Assembly (NCBI GenBank): GCA_042408215.1
Contig: JAYFMW010000020.1
Location: 320,001 to 384,000 of the forward strand
Direction of reading: 5' to 3'
Origin: Microcoleus sp.
Lineage (GTDB): Bacteria; Cyanobacteriota; Cyanobacteriia; Cyanobacteriales; Microcoleaceae
Length of the DNA: 64,000 nt
The notes beneath the pieces are model-generated. The model did no database searches. It saw only the letters and a program-made list of their open reading frames with translations, and had not been told where the DNA came from. This document shows, piece by piece, positions 1 to 10,208 of this stretch; position 1 is the stretch's first letter, and each line of letters begins with the position of its first letter. The position numbers and the translations under genes are program-made.

Positions 1-108
1 GATCCGTGGAATCAATCCTTGCATCTAAAATCTCAAATTCTCAAGCCCCCGACTCGATCCGTGGGGTCAATCCAAAATCCAAAATCCAAAATCTAAAATC
101 TAAAATCG
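1..108. repeat. Dispersed repeat (ATCCGTGGGGTCAATC core) plus AAAATCC/AAAATCT heptamers; related copy at about 20035-20152
   Basis: The same atccgtgg-tcaatcc motifs and heptamer run occur again at 20051-20150. Confidence 0.75.
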
Positions 109-109
109 A

Positions 110-1393
110 ATGACGGACTCTAACTTAGAATTTCTTGCCAAAACCGATCCGCTAATTTCCGATTTGATCGGGCAAGAACTCCAGCGCCAGCGAGATCATC
201 TAGAGCTCATCGCCAGCGAAAACTTTACCTCGGCGGCGGTAATGGCAGCTCAAGGCTCTGTGCTGACAAATAAGTACGCCGAAGGATTACCAGGGAAACG
301 CTACTACGGCGGCTGCGAATTTATTGACGGCATCGAGCAAATCGCGATCGACCGCGCCAAACAGCTATTTGGAGCAGCCCACGCCAACGTCCAGCCCCAC
401 TCCGGCGCTCAAGCCAACTTTGCGGTGTTTTTGAGCTTGCTAGAGCCTGGGGACGGAATTATGGGCATGGATTTGTCCCACGGCGGACACTTAACCCACG
501 GCTCACCGGTCAACGTATCCGGCAAATGGTTCAAAGCTTTTCACTACGGTGTCAGCAAAGAAACAGAACAGTTAGACTACGACGAAATTTTGGCACTGGC
601 CAAAGAAAATCGACCGAAATTGCTAATTTGCGGCTACTCAGCTTATTCGCGAATTATCGACTTTGAGAAATTTAGAGCGATCGCCGACGAAATCGGGGCC
701 TATCTGCTCGCCGACATCGCCCACATCGCCGGTTTGGTAGCCACAGGCCACCACCCCAGCCCGCTTCAACACTGTCATGCAGTCACCACTACCACTCACA
801 AAACCCTGCGCGGGCCCAGAGGCGGTTTGATTTTGACAAATGACCCGGAACTTGGCAAAAAGTTCGACAAAGCAGTGTTTCCTGGTACTCAGGGCGGGCC
901 TTTGGAACACGTCATTGCTGGTAAAGCAGTAGCTTTCGGCGAAGCATTAAAGCCAGAATTTAAAACTTATTCTGGTCAAGTAATTGAAAATGCGCGGGCT
1001 TTAGCTGCACAGTTGCAACAGCGGGGTTTGAAACTGGTTTCTGGTGGCACGGACAATCATTTAATGCTAGTTGATTTGCGATCGGTCAACATGACAGGCA
1101 AGCGAGCCGACCAATTAGTCAGCGGTGTGAATATTACAGCTAATAAAAATACCGTGCCTTTCGATCCTGCATCGCCCTTTGTTACCAGCGGTTTGAGACT
1201 TGGTTCGGCAGCGATGACAACCAGGGGAATGGGAACTACAGAATTTACCGAGATTGGTAATATTATTGCCGATCGACTGTTAAATCCTGAAGATGAAAGC
1301 GTTGCAGCCGAGTGCCTCCGACGGGTAGCAGCACTGTGCTCGCGCTTCCCCTTATATCCGCACCTGTACTCGAAAGTGCCGGCCTTGGCCTAA
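110..1393 (+). CDS. glyA: Serine hydroxymethyltransferase
   Basis: [23 protein letters not shown] and the PLP motif [13 protein letters not shown]. Confidence 0.99.
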   Translation: MTDSNLEFLAKTDPLISDLIGQELQRQRDHLELIASENFTSAAVMAAQGSVLTNKYAEGLPGKRYYGGCEFIDGIEQIAIDRAKQLFGAAHANVQPHSGAQANFAVFLSLLEPGDGIMGMDLSHGGHLTHGSPVNVSGKWFKAFHYGVSKETEQLDYDEILALAKENRPKLLICGYSAYSRIIDFEKFRAIADEIGAYLLADIAHIAGLVATGHHPSPLQHCHAVTTTTHKTLRGPRGGLILTNDPELGKKFDKAVFPGTQGGPLEHVIAGKAVAFGEALKPEFKTYSGQVIENARALAAQLQQRGLKLVSGGTDNHLMLVDLRSVNMTGKRADQLVSGVNITANKNTVPFDPASPFVTSGLRLGSAAMTTRGMGTTEFTEIGNIIADRLLNPEDESVAAECLRRVAALCSRFPLYPHLYSKVPALA

Positions 1394-1867
1394 TTGTCCT
1401 GATCGGTGATGGGGAATTGGTAGTTGTGTGTAGACAGGTAAAGGGGTAAAACAGTAGGAGAATTTTGAGTGTTGCTTGCTGGCTTTTGGCTTCCGGTTTT
1501 TACTAAAGATCTTGGTCGCAGGGGCAGTTTTAATCAATAATATTTGTCGGGTGGGGCGAATTCGATCGCAGATATTTGTCGGTAGCGAAAGTTCTCGATC
1601 GACCAGCCCCTTTCGAGGGATAAAAAAAAATCCCCGCTCGATTAATAAATTAATTAGTCTCGATCGCCAGTTGTCAATAAACTGCTGTTAATTAGAGAGC
1701 GATCGGTAAAAAAAACATCACGAGCCGATCGCAACTAGCAACTCACAACTCTCCGGCGAACTTACCCCCAGTCGCTATTCAAAGATGTTTCCTTGTGACA
1801 AGCCATCTAAAATGTAGTAGACTCTGCCTCAAACCCTAATTGCCCGACACTACTTTACTAATTTCAG

Positions 1868-2923
1868 ATGCCTCACCATCTGTTTTACCACCTACTAGCC
1901 TTTATCGTTTCGGCGATCGTCGTCCTCTGGAGTACGCCAATAGTCAAAAAAATTGGTCTCAAGAGCGGGCGAGTCGATCGACCTGGCGATCGCAAAGTCC
2001 ACAAGCGCCCGATGGTACGCTTGGGAGGAGTCTCCATCTTTCTCGGCACTATCATTGCCCTCCTAATTGTCTGGCTCTCAGGAGGCTTCATCGATGCTAG
2101 CGGACAAGTTCTCAATCCCAAAGACGAATACGAAATTTGGGGAGTCACCCTCGGCGGCATCGGATTCTTCCTCATCGGTTTAGCAGACGATTTATTTTCG
2201 CTCTCGGCCTTAAAACGCTTGCTGATGCAAATTGGCGTATCCAGCATCGCTTGGTACGCGGGCGTACAAATTGAGTTTCTCACAGTTCCCTCCCTGGGGC
2301 TGACAGATCTGGGCTGGCTGAGTTTGCCAATTACCGTAATTTGGCTCGTCGGTATGGCCAACGCCATCAACTGGATTGATGGTTTGGACGGTTTAGCTGC
2401 TGGAGTTTCAGGGATTGCAGCAGTTGTGATGCTGATTGTCAGTCTGTCGATGAACCAACCAGCGGCGGCCCTGATTGCAGCAGCCTTAGCTGGCGGGACC
2501 TTGGGATTTCTGCGTTACAACTTCAATCCGGCTCAAATCTTTATGGGAGATGGAGGCGCTTATTTTATCGGCTTTACTCTCGCCGGAGTTGGAGTGATTG
2601 GGTTAGTTAAAACTACGGCTATAACTTCTGTATTGCTACCATATTTAATTTTAGCTGTACCGATTTTAGATATGTCCGCAGTAATTCTCGATCGACTCCG
2701 CAACGGCAAATCCCCGTTTATTGCTGACAAACGCCACCTCCACCACCGACTGCTAAATGCAGGATTATCCCATCGATTTGCGGTTTTGTTTATTTACGCT
2801 CTGACGCTGTGGGTGGGAAGTTTAGCCCTAGCTTTTTCGATTCCCAGCGGCATAATTTACGCCTTGGGAGCCACAAGTTTGCTGGGATACGCTAGCTGGA
2901 AAGTTTGGAGGCACGCTCGATAG
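1868..2923 (+). CDS. MraY/WecA/TagO-family undecaprenyl-phosphate GlcNAc-1-phosphate transferase
   Basis: Polytopic membrane protein with GLADD, NAINWIDGLDGL, FMGDGG and HLHHRL. Confidence 0.93.
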   Translation: MPHHLFYHLLAFIVSAIVVLWSTPIVKKIGLKSGRVDRPGDRKVHKRPMVRLGGVSIFLGTIIALLIVWLSGGFIDASGQVLNPKDEYEIWGVTLGGIGFFLIGLADDLFSLSALKRLLMQIGVSSIAWYAGVQIEFLTVPSLGLTDLGWLSLPITVIWLVGMANAINWIDGLDGLAAGVSGIAAVVMLIVSLSMNQPAAALIAAALAGGTLGFLRYNFNPAQIFMGDGGAYFIGFTLAGVGVIGLVKTTAITSVLLPYLILAVPILDMSAVILDRLRNGKSPFIADKRHLHHRLLNAGLSHRFAVLFIYALTLWVGSLALAFSIPSGIIYALGATSLLGYASWKVWRHAR

Positions 2924-3410
2924 TCATTAGTCATTAGTCATTAGTTGTTAGTCATTAGTCAGTAGTCAGTAGTCATTAGTCATTAGTCATTAGTCAATAG
3001 TCAGTAGTCATTAGTCAGTAGTCATTAGTCAGTAGTCATTAGTCAGTAGTCATTAGTCATTAGTCATTAGTTGTGAGTTGTGAGTTGTTGGTTGTGAGTC
3101 ATTAGTTGTGAGTTGTTGGTTGTTAGTTGTTTGTTCTAATCACCAAGGCCCAATGCTTTTCGGCCCAATTGCCAATGCCCAATTGCCAATGCCCCATGCC
3201 CAATGCCCAATTGCCAATGCCCAATGCTTTTCGGCCCAAGTTGTTAGTCATTAGTTGTTAGTCATTAGTTGTTAGTTGTTGGTTGTTAGTTGTTGGTTGT
3301 TAGTTGTTGGTTCTAATCACCAATGCCCAATGCCCGATGCCCGATGCCCAATGCCCGATGCCCAATTGCCCAATCCAAAATCCAAAATCCAAAATCTAAA
3401 ATCAAATCGA
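2921..3410. repeat. Compound STRR heptamer array (TAGTCAT/TAGTCAG, TTGTGAG/TTGTTAG, CCAATGC, AAAATCC)
   Basis: Directly visible 7-bp tandem repeats filling the whole intergenic space. Confidence 0.97.
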
Positions 3411-4667
3411 ATGGTTGCTGAAATTATTTGTGTTGGCACTGAATTGCTGTTAGGCGATATTCTCAATAGCAATTCTCAGTTTTTAGCCAAGGAGTTAGCT
3501 AGTTTGGGAATTCCTCACTACTATCAAACAGTGGTGGGGGATAATCCCGATCGCATTAAACAGGTGTTAGAAATAGCTGTAGGGCGATCGCAACTACTGT
3601 TGTTTACAGGAGGCCTCGGCCCGACACCAGACGACCTCACCGTCGAAACTATCGCCGATTTTTTTGGCGTTCCCCTAATCGAAAGGCCGGAAATTATCGC
3701 CGACATCGAACAAAAATTTGCTCAGCGGGGGCGCACCATGAGCCCCAGCAACCGCAAACAAGCTTTAATTCCCGAAGGTGCGGATATTTTGCCCAACCGC
3801 AGCGGTTCTGCACCGGGGATTATTTGGCAGCCGATTCCCAACGTGACAGTGATGACATTTCCCGGCGTACCGGCGGAAATGCACTTGATGTGGCGAGAAA
3901 CCGCCGTTTCTTACCTGAAAAATAAGGGATGGTGCTGTGGAACTATTTACAGCCGCACATTGAAATTTTGGGGCATTGCTGAGTCGGCCCTCGCTGAAAA
4001 AGTAGATGATTTTCTCAATTTAACTAATCCTACTGTTGCTCCCTACGCCAATCATGGCGAGGTCAAACTGCGAATTTCGGCTCGCGCTGAATCGGAAGCA
4101 TCGGCGAAAAACTTGATTGAGCCGATCGAACAACAGTTGCGACAAATCGCCGGTTTAGACTGTTACGGTGCTGATACCGATACCCTCGCTTCTACTGTCG
4201 GCCAATTGTTACTCGATCGCGGGGAAACTCTCAGCGTAGCTGAATCCTGCACGGGAGGAGGATTGGGGGCGATGCTGACTGCTGTTGCCGGCAGTTCGGG
4301 CTACTTTTTGGGCGGGGTGATTTCCTATGACGATCGGGTGAAGGAAAAATTATTGGGTGTCAAGCCGGAAGATTTAAGCGAATATGGTGCTGTCAGCCAC
4401 CAAGTGGCAAAACAAATGGCCGCAGTCGTGCGATCGAGCCTTAACACCAGTTGGGGATTGAGCATTACAGGTATTGCTGGGCCTGGAGGTGCCACTGACG
4501 CTAAACCTGTCGGACTGGTTTATATCGGTTTAGCGGCGCCAAATGGCGATTCCCACAGTTTTGAATACCGCTTCGGCGATGCGCGAGGCCGCGATTGGAT
4601 TAGAAATCTCAGTATTTGTACGGCTCTCGATCGACTCCGCCGGTATGCGATCGAAGAGTATTGTTGA
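3411..4667 (+). CDS. cinA: CinA competence/damage-inducible protein (MoCF domain plus PncC NMN deamidase)
   Basis: AEIICVGTELLLG, GGLGPTPDD, AESCTGG, SITGIAGPGG; start moved to ATG 3411 because the upstream in-frame sequence is STRR. Confidence 0.95.
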   Translation: MVAEIICVGTELLLGDILNSNSQFLAKELASLGIPHYYQTVVGDNPDRIKQVLEIAVGRSQLLLFTGGLGPTPDDLTVETIADFFGVPLIERPEIIADIEQKFAQRGRTMSPSNRKQALIPEGADILPNRSGSAPGIIWQPIPNVTVMTFPGVPAEMHLMWRETAVSYLKNKGWCCGTIYSRTLKFWGIAESALAEKVDDFLNLTNPTVAPYANHGEVKLRISARAESEASAKNLIEPIEQQLRQIAGLDCYGADTDTLASTVGQLLLDRGETLSVAESCTGGGLGAMLTAVAGSSGYFLGGVISYDDRVKEKLLGVKPEDLSEYGAVSHQVAKQMAAVVRSSLNTSWGLSITGIAGPGGATDAKPVGLVYIGLAAPNGDSHSFEYRFGDARGRDWIRNLSICTALDRLRRYAIEEYC

Positions 4668-4977
4668 CCAAAGGCTATAAAATATCAAGCGAATTGTCAA
4701 TTGTCAATAGTTAAAAACGATCTTAAGATTTATTTAATGTTCTTCATTCCGAAAGAGTGCGGCAATTTTCGGCTTTCCTCTTGATTATCTGTAAAGATTC
4801 GTTATGATAATAAGGTAAGACTGATTTGCAAATACACTGACTCTCTCCGTTGCTCAAAACAACATCCCGAGAGAAAGCAGGTTTGACTCTGGCTTTCAAA
4901 GTTGGGCTTGCTTATTTTCAGAGATTTCACCGTCGGTTCAGAAATCAAGACCATAAAAAAAAGGAGCTATCCGTTCA

Positions 4978-5115
4978 ATGGAAGACATTGAAAAGGTGCT
5001 GGAACAAATTAAAGAATGGGTTCGCAAGCTGATAGAAGGACTGCTGAATCCAGATGCTCAACCGGAACTGGAACCTATTCCGATTCCAGTCAACCAACCG
5101 AGATATCGCCGGTAG
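4978..5115 (+). CDS. 45-aa small protein MEDIEKVLEQIKEWVRKLIEGLLNPDAQPELEPIPIPVNQPRYRR (absent from the ORF track)
   Basis: AAGGAG at 4961-4966, ATG 4978, TAG 5113-5115; amphipathic helix followed by a Pro-rich tail. Confidence 0.8.
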   Translation: MEDIEKVLEQIKEWVRKLIEGLLNPDAQPELEPIPIPVNQPRYRR

Positions 5116-5213
5116 TCTGGACTGGATTTGAGGTTTGAGACTTGAGATTTGAAACTGGTTCTAAACCTAAAATCAAAACTCTCAATACTTTTGTTGCGCT
5201 GGAATTTTGAAAA

Positions 5214-5654
5214 TTGTTAAATATCCTGGTACTGCACGGCCCTAATCTAAATCTATTGGGTCAGCGAGAACCTGGAATGTATGGTTCTGCAACTTTAAAT
5301 GAGATCAACAATTTGCTAGAGCAAGAAGCGGACTTGCTCCGGGTGAAAGTCTCAATCCAGCAGTCTAATCACGAAGGAGTCTTGGTGGATTCCATTCACT
5401 CGATGTTAGGGCACCATCAAGGTTTGTTGATTAATGCTGGAGCTTATACTCATACGAGTGTGGCAATTAGGGATGCGATCGCAGCGGTGAATCTCCCTGC
5501 GGTAGAAGTTCATCTGAGCAACATTTATCGGCGGGAAGCTTTTCGGCACCACTCGTTTATAGCAGCGGTGGCGATCGGGCAAATCAGCGGTTTTGGCTCA
5601 GATAGTTATCGCCTAGGGCTGCAAGCTCTAGTTAGTCACTTGAAGAAAAATTAA
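5214..5654 (+). CDS. aroQ: Type II 3-dehydroquinate dehydratase
   Basis: [30 protein letters not shown] start. Confidence 0.97.
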   Translation: MLNILVLHGPNLNLLGQREPGMYGSATLNEINNLLEQEADLLRVKVSIQQSNHEGVLVDSIHSMLGHHQGLLINAGAYTHTSVAIRDAIAAVNLPAVEVHLSNIYRREAFRHHSFIAAVAIGQISGFGSDSYRLGLQALVSHLKKN

Positions 5655-5962
5655 AAATTTACCGATGATGGCGATCGTCGGATGAGGGTGGGTTTTTTGA
5701 TGAAGAAGCCAGCCCTTATATGTTTGGGCTTAATTCAAAGTAAACAGATTTCAAAAATATAGCCGGAACTGGAAGGAAAAAGGAAGAAGGAAGAAGCAAG
5801 AACACGGATTTTGACACGGATACACGGATTAATTATCGAGGGTGAGTCAGAAGTCAGATGTTGAAGGAAGAAGGAAGAAGTCGATGCGATCGGGCAATTC
5901 CCCGCAAGGGTTTCAGGAATTAATAAGGTCTGGTGGAACCTGGTTGCTATAAGAAATAACCA

Positions 5963-6041
5963 ACAACAAATAACAAATAACAAATAACAAATAACAAATA
6001 ACAAATAACAAATAACAAATAACAAATAACAAATAACAAAT
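5963..6041. repeat. STRR (AACAAAT)n, about 11 copies, ending at the next ATG
   Basis: Direct reading. Confidence 0.97.
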
Positions 6042-7187
6042 ATGCGCCATTCCCTGTTAAGCAAGTTTCAAGGAGTCTTACTGGGCTCGGCTTTAGGAGA
6101 CTTGATCGGCGATCGATGCCAAAGCCAACTCCTGGGTATTTCCCCACAAACAGCAGAATTGTGGCCGATTGTCAAGCTGACTAAACACCAAAAGTTGCCG
6201 CTAAATGGGAGGATGTCGGAATTGAAGTCTGTGAATGGCAAAGTCCAAATTGGCAAAAACTCATCCGAGTGCGGGAGGCTTGCTGTTGCTTGTGCTAAAA
6301 GTTTAATTCGGTGCAATGGTTTAGATTTAAAAGATTGGCGTGACACTTGGGAAGTATTTGCCTCCTCAGAACATTACCAGCAGCAGATTGCGGAATGTCA
6401 AAGCATACTGCACCCTGGTGAAGCTGCGGTGGCTGCGTTACCAGCAGCTATGTTTTTTCATGAAAATCAAGCCAAGTTGCGAGAAAAACTCATGCTCGCG
6501 ACAGAGGTGTGGCAGAACCAAAACGCGCCAGAATGGGAAACAGGAGTTTTAGCAGTAGGATACGCGATCGCCCGATCGCTCAAAGACAAACTTGACCCCG
6601 CCACAGCAATTGTGAACACAATTACTTACCTGGGAACCGATAATGCCTTAACAGAGCTGCTTTCCCAAGTACAAATGCTATTAGAACAGGAAGCCGATTT
6701 AGAAAGAGCCGTAAATCACCTCTGCAAGAGCGGAACAGCTTGGCAAACAAGGCAGAGTGAGGGTGAAAAAAAATCACAAACAAACTCAATTGTCAACCCT
6801 ACAAGTTTCATCCCGATCGCGATCGCTTTTTACTGCTTTCTGAGCACCCCAGAAGACTTGCGGTTGTCCGTGGTCCGGGCTGCGCGGTGTGGTGCTGGGC
6901 AATTAACCTGTGCTCTGACGGGAGCTTTGTCTGGAGCGTACAACGGTACTGTCGCGATTCCCGTAGAATGGCGACAGGCAATCTCGGCTGGGGTTGAATG
7001 CCTGGTGCTAGATGAGGGTGGAGAGTCCTCGGTCTGGGGAACCAGCAGTGATGGGAAAATTGTAGAGTTAGCAAATAACCTGTTTGCTGTTTGGGCTGGA
7101 GTTTACACTCCCTGCGACGGCGCGCGATCGGCAGCCCGGTTTCCGGTGGTGACAGCACCTTATGTAATTAGACCGCATAAAATATAA
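6042..7187 (+). CDS. ADP-ribosylglycohydrolase-family protein, probably catalytically degenerate
   Basis: N-terminal FQGVLLGSALGD and C-terminal ALTGALSGAYNG..IPVEW; the acidic TDD and DTDT motifs are absent. Confidence 0.8.
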   Translation: MRHSLLSKFQGVLLGSALGDLIGDRCQSQLLGISPQTAELWPIVKLTKHQKLPLNGRMSELKSVNGKVQIGKNSSECGRLAVACAKSLIRCNGLDLKDWRDTWEVFASSEHYQQQIAECQSILHPGEAAVAALPAAMFFHENQAKLREKLMLATEVWQNQNAPEWETGVLAVGYAIARSLKDKLDPATAIVNTITYLGTDNALTELLSQVQMLLEQEADLERAVNHLCKSGTAWQTRQSEGEKKSQTNSIVNPTSFIPIAIAFYCFLSTPEDLRLSVVRAARCGAGQLTCALTGALSGAYNGTVAIPVEWRQAISAGVECLVLDEGGESSVWGTSSDGKIVELANNLFAVWAGVYTPCDGARSAARFPVVTAPYVIRPHKI

Positions 7188-7383
7188 ATTTGTGAGATTT
7201 TAAGTAGGGATAAATCCAGATTCAAACTGGAATTGAAGCAAAAATAGGTCGAAGTTTTATAGAGGTTGGCAAACCAGCAATTAACAATTAACCAGGGGAA
7301 TGGGAGGGAGAGGGATAATTAACAATAAAAAAATCAAAATTAAAGATTGGGATGGAAAGGAAAGCAGAAGTAGAACCAAGAGA

Positions 7384-7504
7384 GGGCAGGGCAATGCCGA
7401 TGCCCCTAGGTCTGAGGGCACGGCAATGCCGATGCCCCTAGGTCTGAGGGCACGGCAATGCCGATGCCCCTACGGGTCGGGCACGGCAATGCCGATGCCC
7501 CTAC
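7384..7504. repeat. Four tandem REP-like hairpins GGGCACGGCAATGCCGATGCCCCTA (period 31-32 bp)
   Basis: Direct reading; related single hairpin GTAGGGACACGGCATTGCCGTGTCCCTAC at about 47166-47194. Confidence 0.9.
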
Positions 7505-7536
7505 GGCTGAATAAAAGTCATATATCTTCGACATAA

Positions 7537-10137
7537 ATGAATACGCTCTCCTCGTTGATGCGGCAGATTGAGCAGCTAGGGCCTGCGCGCTCGCTGCGGC
7601 AACACATTGCTAAGATGCACAATCGTGGCATGAAAGCAGATCCCGATCGCCCTGGCGGGAGTCTCCTGAACGGTTGGCTGCGCTCGACCTCCGCTCGACT
7701 TGATAGTTTTACTCCTTCTCAAAGTAAAACTTCCAAATCGTACCTCAAAAATCCAGCTCGTTCCCCCCTATTGCTGCTGATAGCAGTAGTTTCCCTCAGC
7801 AGCACTCTTGGGCACCGCTTCTATAACCAGCCGAAACTGGATGTGGGAACCTTATCTCCTCAAACGATTAAGGCACCACGGACGGCAAGCATTGCGGATT
7901 ACAAAACGACAGAAGAGCAGCGGACAACTGCGCGGATAGGGGCTGTAGCGATCTTGAGGCTCGATCCGGCGGTCGATCGCCAAATCGATCGAGAATTGCA
8001 ACTATTTTTGCAACAGGGCAACGAAATGCGCTCTGCTGCTGGATCGTTTCCGTTGGTGTCCTCTTCGATCCTCTCAACGGCGGTTCAGCTTTACCTGCGG
8101 GGCTGTGCGGAGTGGGAGTGGCGATCGATTTTGGCGCAAGTAGGTGACGACGGTGCAACTTCTGGGCGGTTGAGTTGGGAGTCGCCGGGAACTCCTGCAC
8201 AGACGGGGAACCAATCTCAGCAGGATGCTGTGGCTCAACTGCAAGCTTACAGTCGATCGGTCTCTTCATCAGAATTCAAAAGCCTGACAGACAGTATCGA
8301 CTTAGCTCGCAGGCGCTATCTCAATACTTTGGATGCTATGGCCAAACAATCAGTTTCCGGGTACGGACTAATTTACGATACTTCGCTGTTTGATTTGTCC
8401 GATGCAGCTTGGCAAGAAACCCAAACGGGTATCAGTTTGGCGGCAAAAATGATGCTGGCTCAAGGTATCCCCCAGGGGTTGCCGAAAGAGGTTTTGAAGG
8501 AAGCGGCGAGACTGCAAGTCAGGGAGCGAGTGCCTTCTGTTTCCCAAGCTTTGGCGGTTGAGGCTTTAACGGCGATTTTGCAGCCAAATCTGGTTAGAGA
8601 TCCCGAGGGAACCAAACAGCTAGCTGAATTGGCTGCGAAAAAGGTGAAACCGGTGACGATCGTCGTGGAGCAAGGCGAGACAATTGTGGCAGAAGGAGAG
8701 ATCATTTCTGGGCAAGATTTCGTGTTGCTGGATTATTTTGGTTTAAGCAGGCGGGGAGTGAATTGGCTGGGGCTGGCGGGGTTTGTGTGCTTAGTCGGTG
8801 GGGCCATTGCGATCGTACTGCTGGTAGAGAGGCATTACCGCTTGCGCCGGAGAGATCATTTGCTGCTGTTGTTGTTGACTTTGAGCGCGCCGGTGCTGGT
8901 GAGTTTGGGGCTGCCTTGGACGAGTTTGCCCGCGATCGGCATATTAGCCGGTGGCTTCTACGGTTCGGCGGTGGGAGTGACTGTGGTGGGGCTGCTGTCG
9001 GTGGTGCTACCCATTGGCTTGGAACTTGACTTGATCCATTTGGTGGCTAGCGCGGCGGCGGGATTGCTGGGTGCTTTCATGTCGGGGCGGCTGCGATCGC
9101 GCGAGGAATTGGCTCTTTTGGGCGTGGCGATCGGCTTGACTCAGAGCATGATTTATCTCCTGGGGACTTTAATTGCCAGCGCTGCTTCGGGTTCAATTTG
9201 GTACGTTTTGCTCGGTAGCGTGGGTTCCCAAGGTTTAGCCGGTTTGGCTTGGAGTGTTGTGGCGATCGGCTTGAGCCCTTATTTAGAACACGTTTTTGAT
9301 TTGATTACACCGATCCGACTGGCGGAATTGGCCAATCCCAACCGCCCGCTGTTGAAGAAGTTGGCAGCAGAGGCTCCGGGGACTTTTCAGCACACGCTGT
9401 TTGTGGCTAGTTTAGCGGAGGCGGCGGCGCGGGAACTCGGCTGCAATGTGGAGCTGGTCAGGACTGGGACATTATACCACGATATTGGAAAAATGCACGA
9501 TCCGATCGGATTTTGCGAGAATCAAATGGGCGGCGTCAATAAACATGATGAAATGAATGACCCTTGGGCGAGTGCTGATCTGATTAAAAAGCACGTTAGC
9601 GAAGGGTTGGTGATGGCGCGCAAGCATCGATTACCTAAAACGATTCAGGCATTTATCCCGGAACACCAAGGAACAATGTTGATCGCGTATTTCTATCACC
9701 AAGCGCTGCAAAGTGTTGCTCAAGAGGCTGCTCAAGAAGCTGCTCAAGAAGCTGCTCAAGAAGCTGCTCAAGAAACAGCAGATTTAAAGAATACTTTAAC
9801 CGATGCTGAAAGTCCAAAATTGAAATTTAAAACTCGTGAAGTGAGGGAGGAGGATTTTCGTTATGACGGGCCAATTCCGCAGTCGCGGGAAACGGGGATT
9901 TTGATGGTGGCGGATTCTTGTGAGGCGGCTTTGCGATCGCTCAAGGATGCCACCCATGAAGAGGCTTTGAACATGGTTAATAAGATTTTGAGGGCTCGCT
10001 GGCAGGATAATCAGTTGATTGATTCGGGTTTAACGCGGGAGGATATGGCTCTAATTGCGGAGATTTTTGTGCGGGTTTGGGAACAGTTCAATCATAAGCG
10101 TATTGCTTATCCTAGTGCGGTTTTTACTTCTAGATAA
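7537..10137 (+). CDS. 7TM-HD membrane phosphohydrolase (PgpH-like, putative c-di-AMP phosphodiesterase); start uncertain
   Basis: APGTFQH, YHDIGK (HDIG), EHQGT, ADSCEAA and several TM helices. Confidence 0.9.
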   Translation: MNTLSSLMRQIEQLGPARSLRQHIAKMHNRGMKADPDRPGGSLLNGWLRSTSARLDSFTPSQSKTSKSYLKNPARSPLLLLIAVVSLSSTLGHRFYNQPKLDVGTLSPQTIKAPRTASIADYKTTEEQRTTARIGAVAILRLDPAVDRQIDRELQLFLQQGNEMRSAAGSFPLVSSSILSTAVQLYLRGCAEWEWRSILAQVGDDGATSGRLSWESPGTPAQTGNQSQQDAVAQLQAYSRSVSSSEFKSLTDSIDLARRRYLNTLDAMAKQSVSGYGLIYDTSLFDLSDAAWQETQTGISLAAKMMLAQGIPQGLPKEVLKEAARLQVRERVPSVSQALAVEALTAILQPNLVRDPEGTKQLAELAAKKVKPVTIVVEQGETIVAEGEIISGQDFVLLDYFGLSRRGVNWLGLAGFVCLVGGAIAIVLLVERHYRLRRRDHLLLLLLTLSAPVLVSLGLPWTSLPAIGILAGGFYGSAVGVTVVGLLSVVLPIGLELDLIHLVASAAAGLLGAFMSGRLRSREELALLGVAIGLTQSMIYLLGTLIASAASGSIWYVLLGSVGSQGLAGLAWSVVAIGLSPYLEHVFDLITPIRLAELANPNRPLLKKLAAEAPGTFQHTLFVASLAEAAARELGCNVELVRTGTLYHDIGKMHDPIGFCENQMGGVNKHDEMNDPWASADLIKKHVSEGLVMARKHRLPKTIQAFIPEHQGTMLIAYFYHQALQSVAQEAAQEAAQEAAQEAAQETADLKNTLTDAESPKLKFKTREVREEDFRYDGPIPQSRETGILMVADSCEAALRSLKDATHEEALNMVNKILRARWQDNQLIDSGLTREDMALIAEIFVRVWEQFNHKRIAYPSAVFTSR

Positions 10138-10208
10138 GGGGAATTTGGATGGAAAGAGGTTTTTAACCGCAGATGAACGCGGATAAACGCAGATTTTTGA
10201 TGTTGATT

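Noticed and set aside
3276..3410. N-terminal extensions in the ORF track (cinA, pyrC-like, yqeG, 39935, 59085, 60551)
   Set aside because: They are mostly translated STRR/REP or intergenic sequence; downstream ATGs fit the family N-termini
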